From assembly GCA_937921595.1 (NCBI GenBank), contig CAKZTD010000023.1, positions 12,742-76,741 on the forward strand: 64,000 bases of DNA. Reading direction: 5' to 3'. How positions within the stretch are numbered: position 1 is the first letter of the stretch; each line of letters opens with the position of its first letter. A program made the position numbers and the translations under genes. Below, piece by piece: positions 43,780 through 54,291 of the stretch. The notes under the pieces are model-generated. The model saw only the letters and a list, made by a program, of their open reading frames with translations, did not search any database and was not told the origin of the DNA. Source of the stretch: an uncultured Saprospiraceae bacterium. GTDB taxonomy: Bacteria > Bacteroidota > Bacteroidia > Chitinophagales > Saprospiraceae.

Positions 43780-44028
43780 TAATTTTAAATTGCTATACAC
43801 TTTTAGGCTAGGTCTTTAATTTTTAGTGATTTACTCAATATTCCGTTTCAAAATGAGTGAATGAAAGAATGAGTGAATATTTGGAAAAAATCTTAGTGTA
43901 AAGCTTGTTTCTGTTACATTTGGGAGGCTATTCTCTCATACATCAATTCGCTCATTCAATCATTTTTCAAATTTGATTACAAAAGTATATAGTAGTTTAC
44001 AATAAATTAAGTACTCTAAACATCCAGA

Positions 44029-45525
44029 ATGAAGAAAATAAAATTTCCGACAGCCCAAACTATTCTTTTTATTATCGCAGGAATGGTAGCTCTTTTAACT
44101 TGGGTAGTACCATCAGGAAAGTATGACAGTCTAACCTATGATAAAGGAACAGACAAACTCATCAGAAGCAGTCAAGGAAAGAATACAGAATTGCCAGCTA
44201 ATCAAAAAACGCTAGATGATTTAGATATTAAAATACCAATCGAAAACTTTACTAATGGAGGAATCTATAAACCTATTGGCATTCCAAACACCTACGAAAA
44301 ACTAGAATCTCGTCCCCAAAGTTTTTCTGCATTCCTGCAATCTCCTATTAAAGGAATAATTGCTGCTGCAGACATTATCTTTTTGGTGCTTATCATAGGC
44401 GGCCTAATTGGTATAATGAATCTTTCCGGAGCTTTTGATGCGGGCATTGCCTCCCTAGCTAAAACCCTAAAAGGTAGAGAGTTTATTTTAATTATTGTAG
44501 TTACTACATTGATTGCAATTGGAGGAACTACTTTTGGATTGGCAGAAGAAACAATGGCCTTTTTCCCGATTCTAATTCCAGTTTTTTTAGCTGCCGGATA
44601 TGATGCCATCGTTGGAGTAGCTTGCATATTTATTGGCTCTTCTATTGGCACGATGTGTTCTACGGTTAATCCTTTTTCGAGTATCATTGCTTCTGATGCA
44701 GCTGGGATTGCTTGGACCAATGGTCTGAATGGTCGGTTTGCGATGCTGGTTATTTGTACTTTCATTTGTATAGCCTACATTCTTCGTTATGCTAAAAAAG
44801 TAAAGGCAGATCCGAGCAAATCCATAATCTTTGATCAAAAGGAAGAACTCGAAGCTTTATTCGGATCAAAATCCACTGATAAGAATTTAAAACTAACAGG
44901 CAGATTACGATTAATATTATTAGTCTTTACCTCTTGTTTCATCATAATGATTGCTGGAGTTTCGTTTTTTGAATGGTGGTTTGTTGAAATGACCACTACC
45001 TTTTTAGTAGGAGCAATCATCATTGGTTTTTTAGCAAAATTAAAAGAGAATGATTTCATGGATGCTTTTGCTAAAGGTGCTGGAGATTTGTTAGGGGTTG
45101 CCTTTATTATAGGAATTGCTAGAGGAATTACGGTGATCATGGATGATGGACTCATTAGCGATACTATGCTTTATTATGCCAGTAATGCCACTGAAGGAAT
45201 GAATAAAGGAATTTTTGTAAATGCAATGATGTTCATATATGGTGGTTTATCCTTCTTCATTCCCTCCTCTTCTGGAATGGCAGTTTTAACGATGCCTATT
45301 ATGGCGCCATTAGCAGATACTGTTGGTATCGGAAGAGAAATGATTGTAAACACTTATCAATTTGGACTGGGGCTATTTTATTTTATAAGTCCTACCGGAT
45401 TGATTTTAGCTTCATTGGCTATTGTAAAAGTTGGTTATGATAAATGGTTAAAATTTGTCATGCCCTTATTTTTAATTCTTTTAGTAGTAACTATGGCCGC
45501 TTTGACTTTGTCTGTTTATTTATAA
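44029..45525 (+). CDS. YfcC/DcuC-type integral membrane transporter
   Basis: About 12 hydrophobic segments. N-terminus KFPTAQTILFIIAGMVALLTWVVPSGKYD resembles the YfcC family. Confidence 0.75.
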   Translation: MKKIKFPTAQTILFIIAGMVALLTWVVPSGKYDSLTYDKGTDKLIRSSQGKNTELPANQKTLDDLDIKIPIENFTNGGIYKPIGIPNTYEKLESRPQSFSAFLQSPIKGIIAAADIIFLVLIIGGLIGIMNLSGAFDAGIASLAKTLKGREFILIIVVTTLIAIGGTTFGLAEETMAFFPILIPVFLAAGYDAIVGVACIFIGSSIGTMCSTVNPFSSIIASDAAGIAWTNGLNGRFAMLVICTFICIAYILRYAKKVKADPSKSIIFDQKEELEALFGSKSTDKNLKLTGRLRLILLVFTSCFIIMIAGVSFFEWWFVEMTTTFLVGAIIIGFLAKLKENDFMDAFAKGAGDLLGVAFIIGIARGITVIMDDGLISDTMLYYASNATEGMNKGIFVNAMMFIYGGLSFFIPSSSGMAVLTMPIMAPLADTVGIGREMIVNTYQFGLGLFYFISPTGLILASLAIVKVGYDKWLKFVMPLFLILLVVTMAALTLSVYL

Positions 45526-45653
45526 AAAAATGGCTACAAGGAAAATATGTGAGATCAATAATAAAAAATCAAGGGGTACAATTCGAAGCCTAAAAATTAA
45601 GTTTAATGTATATTAAACTCTGATTTTTATCCTCTTTTAAGAACAAGTCCTCC

Positions 45654-47630
45654 ATGCTATTTTTAAAAAACACACTACTGTTATTACTCTTCATTATCCT
45701 TTCCACTTCTGTAATAGCTCAGCCAGACAATGAGGAAAAAATATCAAAAAAAATATCAGCGCTAGTCAAAGAAGCAGAAGATGCACTCTTCCGTTTTGAT
45801 GCTGAGGAGGCAGAAGGATTATATTTAAATATTTTAAAAAAGAAATCCGATTATGTTGTTGCTCAACGAGGGCTAGCTACCGCTTATCAAATGCAAAACA
45901 GGTTTAAAGAGGCGGCTGTCTTACTAGAAAAAATCGTTGAAACAAAGCCTTACTTTTCTAGAGTTATTTATGCCGATGTAGCCATTGCGCATTATCGTTA
46001 TGGAAATTATGATGCGGCAGCTAAATACTTTAATCAATTTGATTCTATTATAAAACTACCTGTTATAGATTTCGGAATTAATGGCAACTACGAAATGGAA
46101 ATCGAATATGAGTATCGTTCCAAACTTCCAGAAAATCTTAGAGCATGTAATATCGCAAAGGATTCTATTTTCAATAAAAACGTCAGCTCTGTTGACAATC
46201 TAGATCTTCCGATCAATACACCAAGTAATGAGTATTTCCCGTTCCTTACTAATGATCAGGAACTACTTTATTTTACCAGACAGATCAGTCCATTTACAGA
46301 TGAAAATCTTTTTTTCAGTCAAAAAGGAGATACCTCTTGGAACTTTGCCACCTATATTGATTCTGTCTTCAATACACCCGTCAATGAAGGAATGGCCACC
46401 TTCACCAGAGATGGGCGACAGATGTTTTTTACTGCTTGCCAGCGACGAGATGTTGGGGGAACTTGCGACATCCGAAAAGCCAATATAAAACGAGACCAAA
46501 TCATAAATACTGAAATTTTGGATGGTCTCGTCAATACCCAGAAGTGGGAATCTCAAGCTTGTATAAGTTGTGATGGAAGTGCTTTGTTTTTTTCCAGCAA
46601 TCGACCAGGAGGAATTGGCAGCACGGATCTTTATGTCAGTTATATTCAGGAAGACGATACTTGGAGTGAAGCTCAAAATCTCGGCCCAAATGTCAATACC
46701 AACAAAGACGAAGAATCTCCATTTATCACCAATGATGGAAAAACGCTTTTCTTTTCTTCTACGGGACATCTCGGGATGGGAGAACAAGATTTGTTTATGA
46801 GTCGATTGCAAGACGATGGAATTTGGGGCGAAGCAATTAACTTGGGACCGCCAATCAATACAGCTTATCGAGAGTTAGGATTTTTTCTTTCTGCAGATGG
46901 GCTAACTGGATTATTTTCTTCAAATCGACCAGGAGGACAGGGGCAAATGGACATTTATGAGTTTTCACTTTCCACAGAATTATCTAGTGAGCCGATCTCC
47001 TACGTCGAAGGTTACGTCAAAGATTCTATCACGCTTGCTCCTATACAAACCGTTTTGTATCCTAAAAACCACAAGCCAGTTCCTACTGATAAAGAAGGTC
47101 GTTTCTTTCTTTGTTTAAAAGCCGAAGCGAATTTTGATTTTAAGATCAATGAAGATAAATATTTACCCTTTAAAAGAAAAGACCTCATTCCTGTTTGGGA
47201 TAATAAAACCCTCTACCCGATTGAAATACTTTTACAACCTTTATCCATTTCAAAACCAGAACTAGAACCAAAATCAGATAGCATTCCTAAAATAGATTCT
47301 TTTTCAGAAATCGCTTACTTCGATTTTGATAAATCATCTTTAACCAAAAAAGCTCAAAATAAATTAACTCAATTTTCTAAAAACCTAAAAAACAAAAAGA
47401 TTCAAAGTATTGAGATCATCGGTTATTCTGATTACATCGGCACCGATCAATACAATATTATTCTTTCTAAAGAACGGGCAAAAAAGGTTGCCGATTTTTT
47501 AATTGAACAAGGAGTTATTATTCCTGAAGATTCAAAGCTCAAAACTTCAATCCAAGGAAAAGGTGAAATCAACAACCAAAATCCAAGAGCAGATAATCGC
47601 CGAGTGGAGATTAGATTCAACGTATATTAA
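45654..47630 (+). CDS. TPR / PD40 (TolB-like) repeat / OmpA-domain outer-membrane-associated protein
   Basis: Signal peptide. TPR-like N-terminus. Repeated E..PF...DG..L.FSSNRPGG motifs. C-terminal OmpA domain IEIIGYSDYIGTDQYNIILSKERAKKV...NRRVEIRF. Confidence 0.9.
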   Translation: MLFLKNTLLLLLFIILSTSVIAQPDNEEKISKKISALVKEAEDALFRFDAEEAEGLYLNILKKKSDYVVAQRGLATAYQMQNRFKEAAVLLEKIVETKPYFSRVIYADVAIAHYRYGNYDAAAKYFNQFDSIIKLPVIDFGINGNYEMEIEYEYRSKLPENLRACNIAKDSIFNKNVSSVDNLDLPINTPSNEYFPFLTNDQELLYFTRQISPFTDENLFFSQKGDTSWNFATYIDSVFNTPVNEGMATFTRDGRQMFFTACQRRDVGGTCDIRKANIKRDQIINTEILDGLVNTQKWESQACISCDGSALFFSSNRPGGIGSTDLYVSYIQEDDTWSEAQNLGPNVNTNKDEESPFITNDGKTLFFSSTGHLGMGEQDLFMSRLQDDGIWGEAINLGPPINTAYRELGFFLSADGLTGLFSSNRPGGQGQMDIYEFSLSTELSSEPISYVEGYVKDSITLAPIQTVLYPKNHKPVPTDKEGRFFLCLKAEANFDFKINEDKYLPFKRKDLIPVWDNKTLYPIEILLQPLSISKPELEPKSDSIPKIDSFSEIAYFDFDKSSLTKKAQNKLTQFSKNLKNKKIQSIEIIGYSDYIGTDQYNIILSKERAKKVADFLIEQGVIIPEDSKLKTSIQGKGEINNQNPRADNRRVEIRFNVY

Positions 47631-47694
47631 ACCTTTAGTATACCTCAGGAAAACTATACATTTTGAGCAGAAACCCTTTATCAAAAGAAACACA

Positions 47695-47738
47695 GAAGCC
47701 AAAAGCTAGGAAAACGGCCTTCTAATTTTTAGAAAAAA
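47695..47738 (+). repeat. intergenic repeat family, copy B left half
   Basis: gaagccaaaagctaggaaaacggccttctaatttttagaaaaaag matches copy A positions 25134-25178. Confidence 0.7.
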
Positions 47739-47889
47739 GAAATTCAAAATCCGTTAAAAATTATAAACTGTTTGAACCATAAATAATCATCGAGAAAAAG
47801 ACGAAATCTAGTAATCCAGAATGTAGAAGTAAAAGATTAACTCAAAGGTGAGTTTTTAGAATTTAGGTTTTTGAACTTCTTTTTGCGTT

Positions 47890-47947
47890 AAAAAAAGTAT
47901 ACAGCCTTGAGTTTTTTGTTTCTTTTTGTATCAAGACAAAAAGAAAA
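47890..47947 (+). repeat. intergenic repeat family, copy B right half (perfect hairpin)
   Basis: aaaaaaagtatacagccttgagttttttgtttctttttgtatcaagacaaaaagaaaa matches copy A right half. tttctttttgt/acaaaaagaaa forms a hairpin. Confidence 0.7.
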
Positions 47948-47973
47948 CAGAAAATATAATCTACCTTCGCAAC

Positions 47974-48948
47974 GTGAAAATTCTAATCATCCAAACCGCC
48001 TTCATCGGTGATGTCATCCTCGCTACTCCAGTCATTGAAAAACTGGTGCAGCACTTCCCCGATGCACAGATAGATTTCCTTTTACGTAAAGGAAACCAAT
48101 CACTTTTGGACAATCATCCTCATATCAATCACGTTTATATTTTTGATAAAAAAAATGGCAAGTATAAGAACCTTTTTCAAATCGTAAAAACCATCCGTTC
48201 TGTTTCTTATGATCGGGTTATCAATCTACAACGTTTCTTTTCCTCTGGATTGATTACAGTATTATCAAAAGGAAAAATAAAATCAGGATTCGATAAAAAT
48301 CCGCTTTCCTTTTTATACCATAAAAAAACCAAACATAAGATTTCTAAAACAGCCACTGACGATCATGAAGTCAAAAGAAATCTCTCTTTGATCAAAAGTT
48401 TTACCGATGATAAATTTATTGGCCCAAAGCTCTACCCTTCCAATAAAAATTTTGAAAAAATAAAAACGGAGGAATCTTATATCACAATTGCTCCCGCTTC
48501 AATTTGGTTTACCAAACAACTTCCAGCAGAACGATGGATTGCGCTCATCAATTCACTTGCAGATCAGCACCTTGTATATTTATTAGGAGGAAAAGCAGAT
48601 ATTCCATTATGCGAGAGCATCAAAACTAAAGCAAAAACGACTCGGATAGAAATAAAAGCAGGCCATTTAAGTTTTCTAGAATCAGCTGCCTTGATGAAAA
48701 ATGCAAGGATGAATTATGTCAATGATTCTGCCCCACTTCATCTCGCCTCAGCCATGAATGCTCCTGTCACCGCCTTCTTCTGCTCCACTGTTCCTCAATT
48801 CGGTTTCGGTCCACTATCTAAGCAGTCCTTCATCCTCGAAACTCATCACCAACTCAATTGTCGTCCTTGTGGTCTACATGGCAAAAAAACTTGCCCAAAG
48901 GGGCATTTTAAATGTGCAGATATTAATATTCAAGAAATCGCTCACTAA
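47974..48948 (+). CDS. glycosyltransferase family 9 (LPS heptosyltransferase-like)
   Basis: VKILIIQTAFIGDVILATPVIEKL is the GT9 N-terminal motif. I place the start at GTG 47974, because the ORF-track TTG at 47926 lies inside an intergenic hairpin repeat. Confidence 0.85.
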   Translation: MKILIIQTAFIGDVILATPVIEKLVQHFPDAQIDFLLRKGNQSLLDNHPHINHVYIFDKKNGKYKNLFQIVKTIRSVSYDRVINLQRFFSSGLITVLSKGKIKSGFDKNPLSFLYHKKTKHKISKTATDDHEVKRNLSLIKSFTDDKFIGPKLYPSNKNFEKIKTEESYITIAPASIWFTKQLPAERWIALINSLADQHLVYLLGGKADIPLCESIKTKAKTTRIEIKAGHLSFLESAALMKNARMNYVNDSAPLHLASAMNAPVTAFFCSTVPQFGFGPLSKQSFILETHHQLNCRPCGLHGKKTCPKGHFKCADINIQEIAH

Positions 48949-49275
48949 CTGACAAAGTTAATTCCCCAATCAGGCTGTCATATCCACAATATTTTCTCTA
49001 TCTTAGTGTTTCTTTCCCACCATTATTTAAGTTTTGTTTTAATACACAACATAATCTACCTTTTTCTTAATATTCAACACGATCTCATTCTAATACAAAT
49101 TGGTTGGAATGGTTTTTATTTAAATAGACCTTAAGAATCATGTTTTGTCTCTTTGATATTCTAAAGTTTTCAAAACGATTGGCTGTAAAGGCTATGCCTT
49201 GAAAATTTGGTTTATTAAAAAATAGATTAAACTTAATTTAGTCCAACAACTAGTAAATAAATAAACAATAAAGTT

Positions 49276-52200
49276 ATGTACTCTAAATACTCCAAAATTC
49301 CAGCCTCTCTTTCTGGTTTTATTATCCTAATTTTTCTTATTATTTGTACACCTAAATTACTTCTTGGCAATACAATAATAGACTCCGGTACAATTTCGAT
49401 TACGGGAACTTCAACATCTAATACTTGCAATGGGTTATGTGTAGGAACTGTTGATGTCGAAGTAAGCGGTGGATCGGGAGTGTACACTTATGAGTGGGAT
49501 ACTAATCCAGTCCAAACAAGTCAGGATTTAGCAAATCTTTGTGCCGGTGTTTATACTGTCACCGTAACAGATGACACTGGCTGCTCTGAAGTAGCTACTT
49601 TTTTTATAGGTGAGCCCAGTCTAATTGTCATAGCATATAGTATTTCAGAACCATCTTGTAATGGATCTTGTGATGGTAACATTATGCCAACGGTTACTGG
49701 AGGAGCTCCTCCTTATTCTTTCCAATGGAGTAATGGAGGCAATGGTTGTGATATCAGTGACCTCTGTGCTGGTGATTACACCGTGACGGTTACTGATGTG
49801 TTTGCTTGCACATCTACAGCAAGTATGACGGTTGGCGAACCAGAACCGATTAGCATTACTTCTTCTTCTAATGGTCCGTCCTGCTTTGGAATATGCGATG
49901 GTTCCATTGATATTGAAATAGAAGGCGGTACTGGTGACTTCACTTTTTTATGGAGTAATGGGGAGATATCAGAAGACCTAACAAACTTGTGTGAAGAAAT
50001 ATATACCGTGACAGTTACGGATGAAAATAACTGTACCGAAGTTTTACAACTAAACATCGCCGGACCAGATGGACTGAGCATCGTTCCAAATATTCAGAAT
50101 ATCGATTGCAATGGTGAATGTACTGGAGCGGTAGATATAGAAGTAAGTGGAGGAACTCCACCCTATTCTTTTGAATGGAGTGATGGAAGCAATGATGAAG
50201 ATCCTGCTAATTTATGCGCTGGTTTTATAACCGTAACCGTTACAGATGCGAATGCTTGTTTTTCTTCTATCACAGTAGATATTACGGAACCAGATGCTAT
50301 TGAAATTGATGGTGTTTCAACAGAAGCCACTTGCGGAATCTGCAATGGAACAATAGATCTCACCGTAACAGGTGGAACAGGTCCCTATTCTTTTGATTGG
50401 TCCGGAGGAGTTTCTGATGTGGAAGACCCAACAGATCTCTGCGTTGGATTTTATGAAGTAACCGTGACTGATAATAATGGTTGTACAAATACTTATTCTA
50501 TTTCAGTCAACTCTCCAGGTGGAATCACTTTTAATCCAAATATAACCGAAGTTAGTTGTTTCGGAATATGTGATGGAAGTATTGAACTAAACACAGAAGG
50601 TGGAACACCTCCTTACACTTTTACATGGACGGGCCAAGGAACTGGACCAACTGAAAACATTTTTGATCTTTGTGCAGGTCTATATGCAGTAACAGCAACC
50701 GATAGCGACGGCTGCCAGGCTGTTGCGAATTTTATTATTGAGCAACCTCAAGGTGGGCCCAATATTTCTGGTAATTTATTATTCTGCTTTGACGGGCAAT
50801 CTATCTTAGATGCTGGAGTCGGTTATGACAGTTATTTATGGTCTGATGGATCGATGACTCAAACAATTAGCGTTTCTGAATCAGGAGATTATAGTGTTAC
50901 GGTTACCAATGGAGTCAACTGCGAATACTCTGACACCGTCAATGTTGTAGAAACTGAAGAAATTATTTTTTCAGTCAGTACAATAGCCGAAACAGATTCA
51001 GCAACTAATGATGGAACTGCCACGGCAGAAATAGGTTTGCAAAATATTATTTTATACTCCTGGGATGACCCAACAGGTCAGCAAACTCAAACCGCAGTCG
51101 ATTTAGCACCAGGAGATTATTGTGTAACAGTCACAGATATTTCTGGATGTACAGGTGTTAGTTGTGGGACAGTAGAACAAGGAGGTTGTATTTTGACTGG
51201 AGAAATTACTAGCCAGGATGTCACTTGTTTTGGTTTTAATAATGGATCAGCAACAGTAAATGCAAGTGGAAGTTCTGGAGCTTATTCTTATATCTGGTCC
51301 AATGGAAGTAGCCAATCGACGATCAATAATCTAACACCTGGAAACTACTCGGTTACCGTTACAGAAAATGATACTTGTTCTATTATTTTAGAAACAATAA
51401 TCGCTCAGCCAATGGCAGGAGTTTTAGCCATGGTGACTTGCACACAAGAGTCTGCTCCCGGAGCCAATGATGGAACTTGTACCGTTCAGTCTAGTGGTGG
51501 AACAGGTTCTTATACCGAACAATGGTCAACTGGAGCATCAGGAATAATCATCATTGATTTAGCTCCCGGCAATTACTGCGTTACGATCACCGATTCAAAT
51601 GGATGTACCGCAGAGAACTGCGGAGATGTAGCTCCATTTGGTTGTGATATTGAATTGGAAGTAAACAGTACTGATGCCATTTGTTCAAGCGGATGTACCG
51701 GTACAATTGACCTTACCGTAAATAATGGAACGGCTCCTTTTACCTATACATGGAATGATGCTAATATTGGAAACATAGAAGATCCAACTGATTTATGTCC
51801 TGGTGATTATACCGTAACCGTTACAGATGGAAATGACTGTTCGGCTATTATATCAGCTATTATTTTTCAGCCACCTCTTTTGATTGTTACTAATACTGCA
51901 TCAGCAGATGCAACTTGTAATGGAGGTTGTGATGGTGCTGCAACGGTTACCGTTAGTGGCGGTATTCCTCCTTACTCCTATAGCTGGGATGGACCTTATG
52001 AAGGGCCGAACCCAAACAATCTTTGTGCTGGAGCAGCTACCGTTTCCGTAACCGATTCTTATGGATGCGTGGTAACAAGTACGGTCATCATTTCAGAACC
52101 TACACCGGTAAGTCCAGTAGTCACTTGTACTCCTGAGTCTGGAGTAGGAGCAAATGATGGATCTTGTACCGTTCAATCAAATGGTGGAACTGCTCCATAT

Positions 52201-54207
52201 TCAGAAATATGGTCTAATGGCGGAACTGGAATAACGATAGATAATTTAGCTTCAGGAACTTACTGTGTAACCATCACAGATTTCTTCGGATGTACAGGAG
52301 TCAGTTGTGGAGAAGTAGGAACGGTAGGTTGCGACATGATATTGGAAACGATAAGTACTGATGTTCTATGTGCAAATGAATGTAATGGTTCAATAGATCT
52401 TACAGTAAGTAATGGAAATGATCCTTACACTTTCGAGTGGAGTGATCCTACAATTGGAAATGTAGAAGATCCCGTAAACCTTTGTCCTGGAGAATATACA
52501 GTAACCGTAACAGATAATATCGGATGTACAGAAACAACTACAGCAATCATCACTGAACCATCTCCAATAATAGCAACAGTGACTTGTACTGCAGAATCTG
52601 AAATAGGAGCAAATGATGGAACTTGTTCGGTCTCAACAGAAGGAGGAGTTCCTGGTTATACTGAACTATGGTCAACTGGAGAAACGGGAATCATTATTAC
52701 CGATTTGGAACCTGGCACTTACTGTGTGACCATTACAGACTCTCAAGGTTGTACGGCCGTAAGTTGTGGAAACGTAGCACCTGCAGGATGTGAAATTAAT
52801 TTGGAAATATTGAGCAATACGACGACCTGTTTTTCAGAATGTGAGGGATCAATCGATCTCCAAGTGAATAATGGAGCCATGCCTTTTACTTATGAATGGG
52901 AACAAGCTGGCATTGGAAATATAGAAGATCCAACTGGTCTTTGTCCAGGAAATTATAGTGTAACGGTAACCGATGCTAATCTTTGTTCAGCGACCATTAG
53001 TGCAAGCATTTTGGAAAATTCAGAGATCCTTGCTAATCTTGTTTACACTGGTCCTCCTTGCGAAGAGGCTTGTACTGGAACCGTTGATGCAACAGTTACC
53101 GGAGGAACAGAACCTTACACTTATTCATGGAATAACGGAGAAACAACAGAAGATGTTTTCAACTTATGTTTTGATGAATCTATGATGGTAACTGTTACTG
53201 ACGCCCTTGGTTGTACAGGAGTGTTTATTCCAACTGTTTTCATAGTGCCTTCACCGATGTCTGTCTTTTCTACAGTCACCGAGCCAAGTTGTTTTGGTGA
53301 TTGTGATGCAAGTATTTCAATTGAAATTATTGATGGCGTCGAGCCTTATGATTATGATTGGAGCAATGACGATTATGATGGCATGAGTGAAATCAGTGAC
53401 CTTTGTCCAATGGAATATCTTCTGACCATAACAGATGCCATTGGTTGCTCCACTGTATTTCTGGAAATTATTGAAGAACCATTTGAATTATTAATTAGCT
53501 CCTCAACGACTGATGCTTGTTTCCAAGAATGTGATGGAACAGCTGTCATAGTAGCTACGGGGGGAACTGGGCCTTATACTTATCAATGGACCAACGGTCA
53601 GGAGGACCTTTGTCCTGGGAATTATGAAGTTACAGTAACAGATGCAAATGGTTGTTCAGCAATTGAAGAATTTACAATCGAGGAAAATCCAGAAATCTTC
53701 TACTCCATAGATAACGTAACGAATGAAATGGATACTGCTGGTAATGGAGCCATTGAAATTACAGTCAGCGGAGGTTCTATGCCTTTTGAATTTGACTGGA
53801 AGAATAACGGGGTGAGTACTTCTACCGATGAGGATCCAAATGATTTACCGGCGGGTACTTATGTTTGTGAAATTACAGATGCAAACGGCTGTGTAATTAT
53901 TACAGAAGAGGTGATCGTAGATGATATTGTAAATGTATTGGAAACAGAATGGGCAAATCAAATTAAAGTTTTTCCAAACCCAGTTCAGGATCTATTATAT
54001 ATTGATTTTAATTTAAATGATCCGCTAGAAGTATCTCTGGAAATTTTCGATATCAGAGGAGTCCGAGTTTACAAGCAATCGGCTAGTACTAATAATTATG
54101 AAAATGAGGTATTGGATTTGAGTCAATTAACTACTGGAGTTTATACTTTGAGAATTAGCTCTGAAGATAGTTTTTATACTTTTAAAATAATCAAGTTAAT
54201 AGAGTAA
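49276..54207 (+). CDS. giant SprB-repeat surface protein with T9SS C-terminal sorting domain
   Basis: About 20 modules of type C.G.CDG.I...GG..PY.F.W......LC.G.Y.VTVTD..GC. C-terminal IKVFPNPVQDLLYIDF...GVYTLRISS... is a CTD. Confidence 0.9.
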   Translation: MYSKYSKIPASLSGFIILIFLIICTPKLLLGNTIIDSGTISITGTSTSNTCNGLCVGTVDVEVSGGSGVYTYEWDTNPVQTSQDLANLCAGVYTVTVTDDTGCSEVATFFIGEPSLIVIAYSISEPSCNGSCDGNIMPTVTGGAPPYSFQWSNGGNGCDISDLCAGDYTVTVTDVFACTSTASMTVGEPEPISITSSSNGPSCFGICDGSIDIEIEGGTGDFTFLWSNGEISEDLTNLCEEIYTVTVTDENNCTEVLQLNIAGPDGLSIVPNIQNIDCNGECTGAVDIEVSGGTPPYSFEWSDGSNDEDPANLCAGFITVTVTDANACFSSITVDITEPDAIEIDGVSTEATCGICNGTIDLTVTGGTGPYSFDWSGGVSDVEDPTDLCVGFYEVTVTDNNGCTNTYSISVNSPGGITFNPNITEVSCFGICDGSIELNTEGGTPPYTFTWTGQGTGPTENIFDLCAGLYAVTATDSDGCQAVANFIIEQPQGGPNISGNLLFCFDGQSILDAGVGYDSYLWSDGSMTQTISVSESGDYSVTVTNGVNCEYSDTVNVVETEEIIFSVSTIAETDSATNDGTATAEIGLQNIILYSWDDPTGQQTQTAVDLAPGDYCVTVTDISGCTGVSCGTVEQGGCILTGEITSQDVTCFGFNNGSATVNASGSSGAYSYIWSNGSSQSTINNLTPGNYSVTVTENDTCSIILETIIAQPMAGVLAMVTCTQESAPGANDGTCTVQSSGGTGSYTEQWSTGASGIIIIDLAPGNYCVTITDSNGCTAENCGDVAPFGCDIELEVNSTDAICSSGCTGTIDLTVNNGTAPFTYTWNDANIGNIEDPTDLCPGDYTVTVTDGNDCSAIISAIIFQPPLLIVTNTASADATCNGGCDGAATVTVSGGIPPYSYSWDGPYEGPNPNNLCAGAATVSVTDSYGCVVTSTVIISEPTPVSPVVTCTPESGVGANDGSCTVQSNGGTAPYSEIWSNGGTGITIDNLASGTYCVTITDFFGCTGVSCGEVGTVGCDMILETISTDVLCANECNGSIDLTVSNGNDPYTFEWSDPTIGNVEDPVNLCPGEYTVTVTDNIGCTETTTAIITEPSPIIATVTCTAESEIGANDGTCSVSTEGGVPGYTELWSTGETGIIITDLEPGTYCVTITDSQGCTAVSCGNVAPAGCEINLEILSNTTTCFSECEGSIDLQVNNGAMPFTYEWEQAGIGNIEDPTGLCPGNYSVTVTDANLCSATISASILENSEILANLVYTGPPCEEACTGTVDATVTGGTEPYTYSWNNGETTEDVFNLCFDESMMVTVTDALGCTGVFIPTVFIVPSPMSVFSTVTEPSCFGDCDASISIEIIDGVEPYDYDWSNDDYDGMSEISDLCPMEYLLTITDAIGCSTVFLEIIEEPFELLISSSTTDACFQECDGTAVIVATGGTGPYTYQWTNGQEDLCPGNYEVTVTDANGCSAIEEFTIEENPEIFYSIDNVTNEMDTAGNGAIEITVSGGSMPFEFDWKNNGVSTSTDEDPNDLPAGTYVCEITDANGCVIITEEVIVDDIVNVLETEWANQIKVFPNPVQDLLYIDFNLNDPLEVSLEIFDIRGVRVYKQSASTNNYENEVLDLSQLTTGVYTLRISSEDSFYTFKIIKLIE
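51433..53019 (+). repeat. three tandem ~153-aa super-repeats inside the SprB-repeat gene
   Basis: Units start with VTCT(Q/P/A)ES at 51433, 52120 and 52579. Each is a two-module block (VTCT.ES..GANDG.C.V...GG...Y.E.WS.G..GI.I..L..G.YCVTITD..GCT...CG.V...GC...LE......C...C.G.IDL.V.NG..P.T..W......GN.EDP..LCPG.Y.VTVTD). Confidence 0.8.
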
Positions 54208-54227
54208 GAAAATAAAATTTAGCAATC

Positions 54228-54285
54228 TAGCAAAATAAAAAGTGAGCAATAGGCATAGTCCCATTGCTCACTTTTTATTTTGCTA
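54228..54285. terminator. bidirectional terminator between convergent adhesin genes
   Basis: Perfect 23-bp stem tagcaaaataaaaagtgagcaat / attgctcactttttattttgcta with a 12-nt loop. Confidence 0.85.
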
Positions 54286-54291
54286 ACTTTA

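Noticed and set aside
11181-44028. A genomic island integrated at tRNA-Arg
   Set aside because: Housekeeping genes (rpmB, rpmG, ftsY) lie between the tRNA and the locus. I found no integrase and no direct repeat of the tRNA 3' end, and there is no visible compositional break.
47926-47973. The ORF-track TTG start for the GT9 gene
   Set aside because: The first 16 codons run through the intergenic hairpin repeat (tttctttttgt-atcaag-acaaaaagaaa). The conserved GT9 N-terminus begins at the GTG at 47974.
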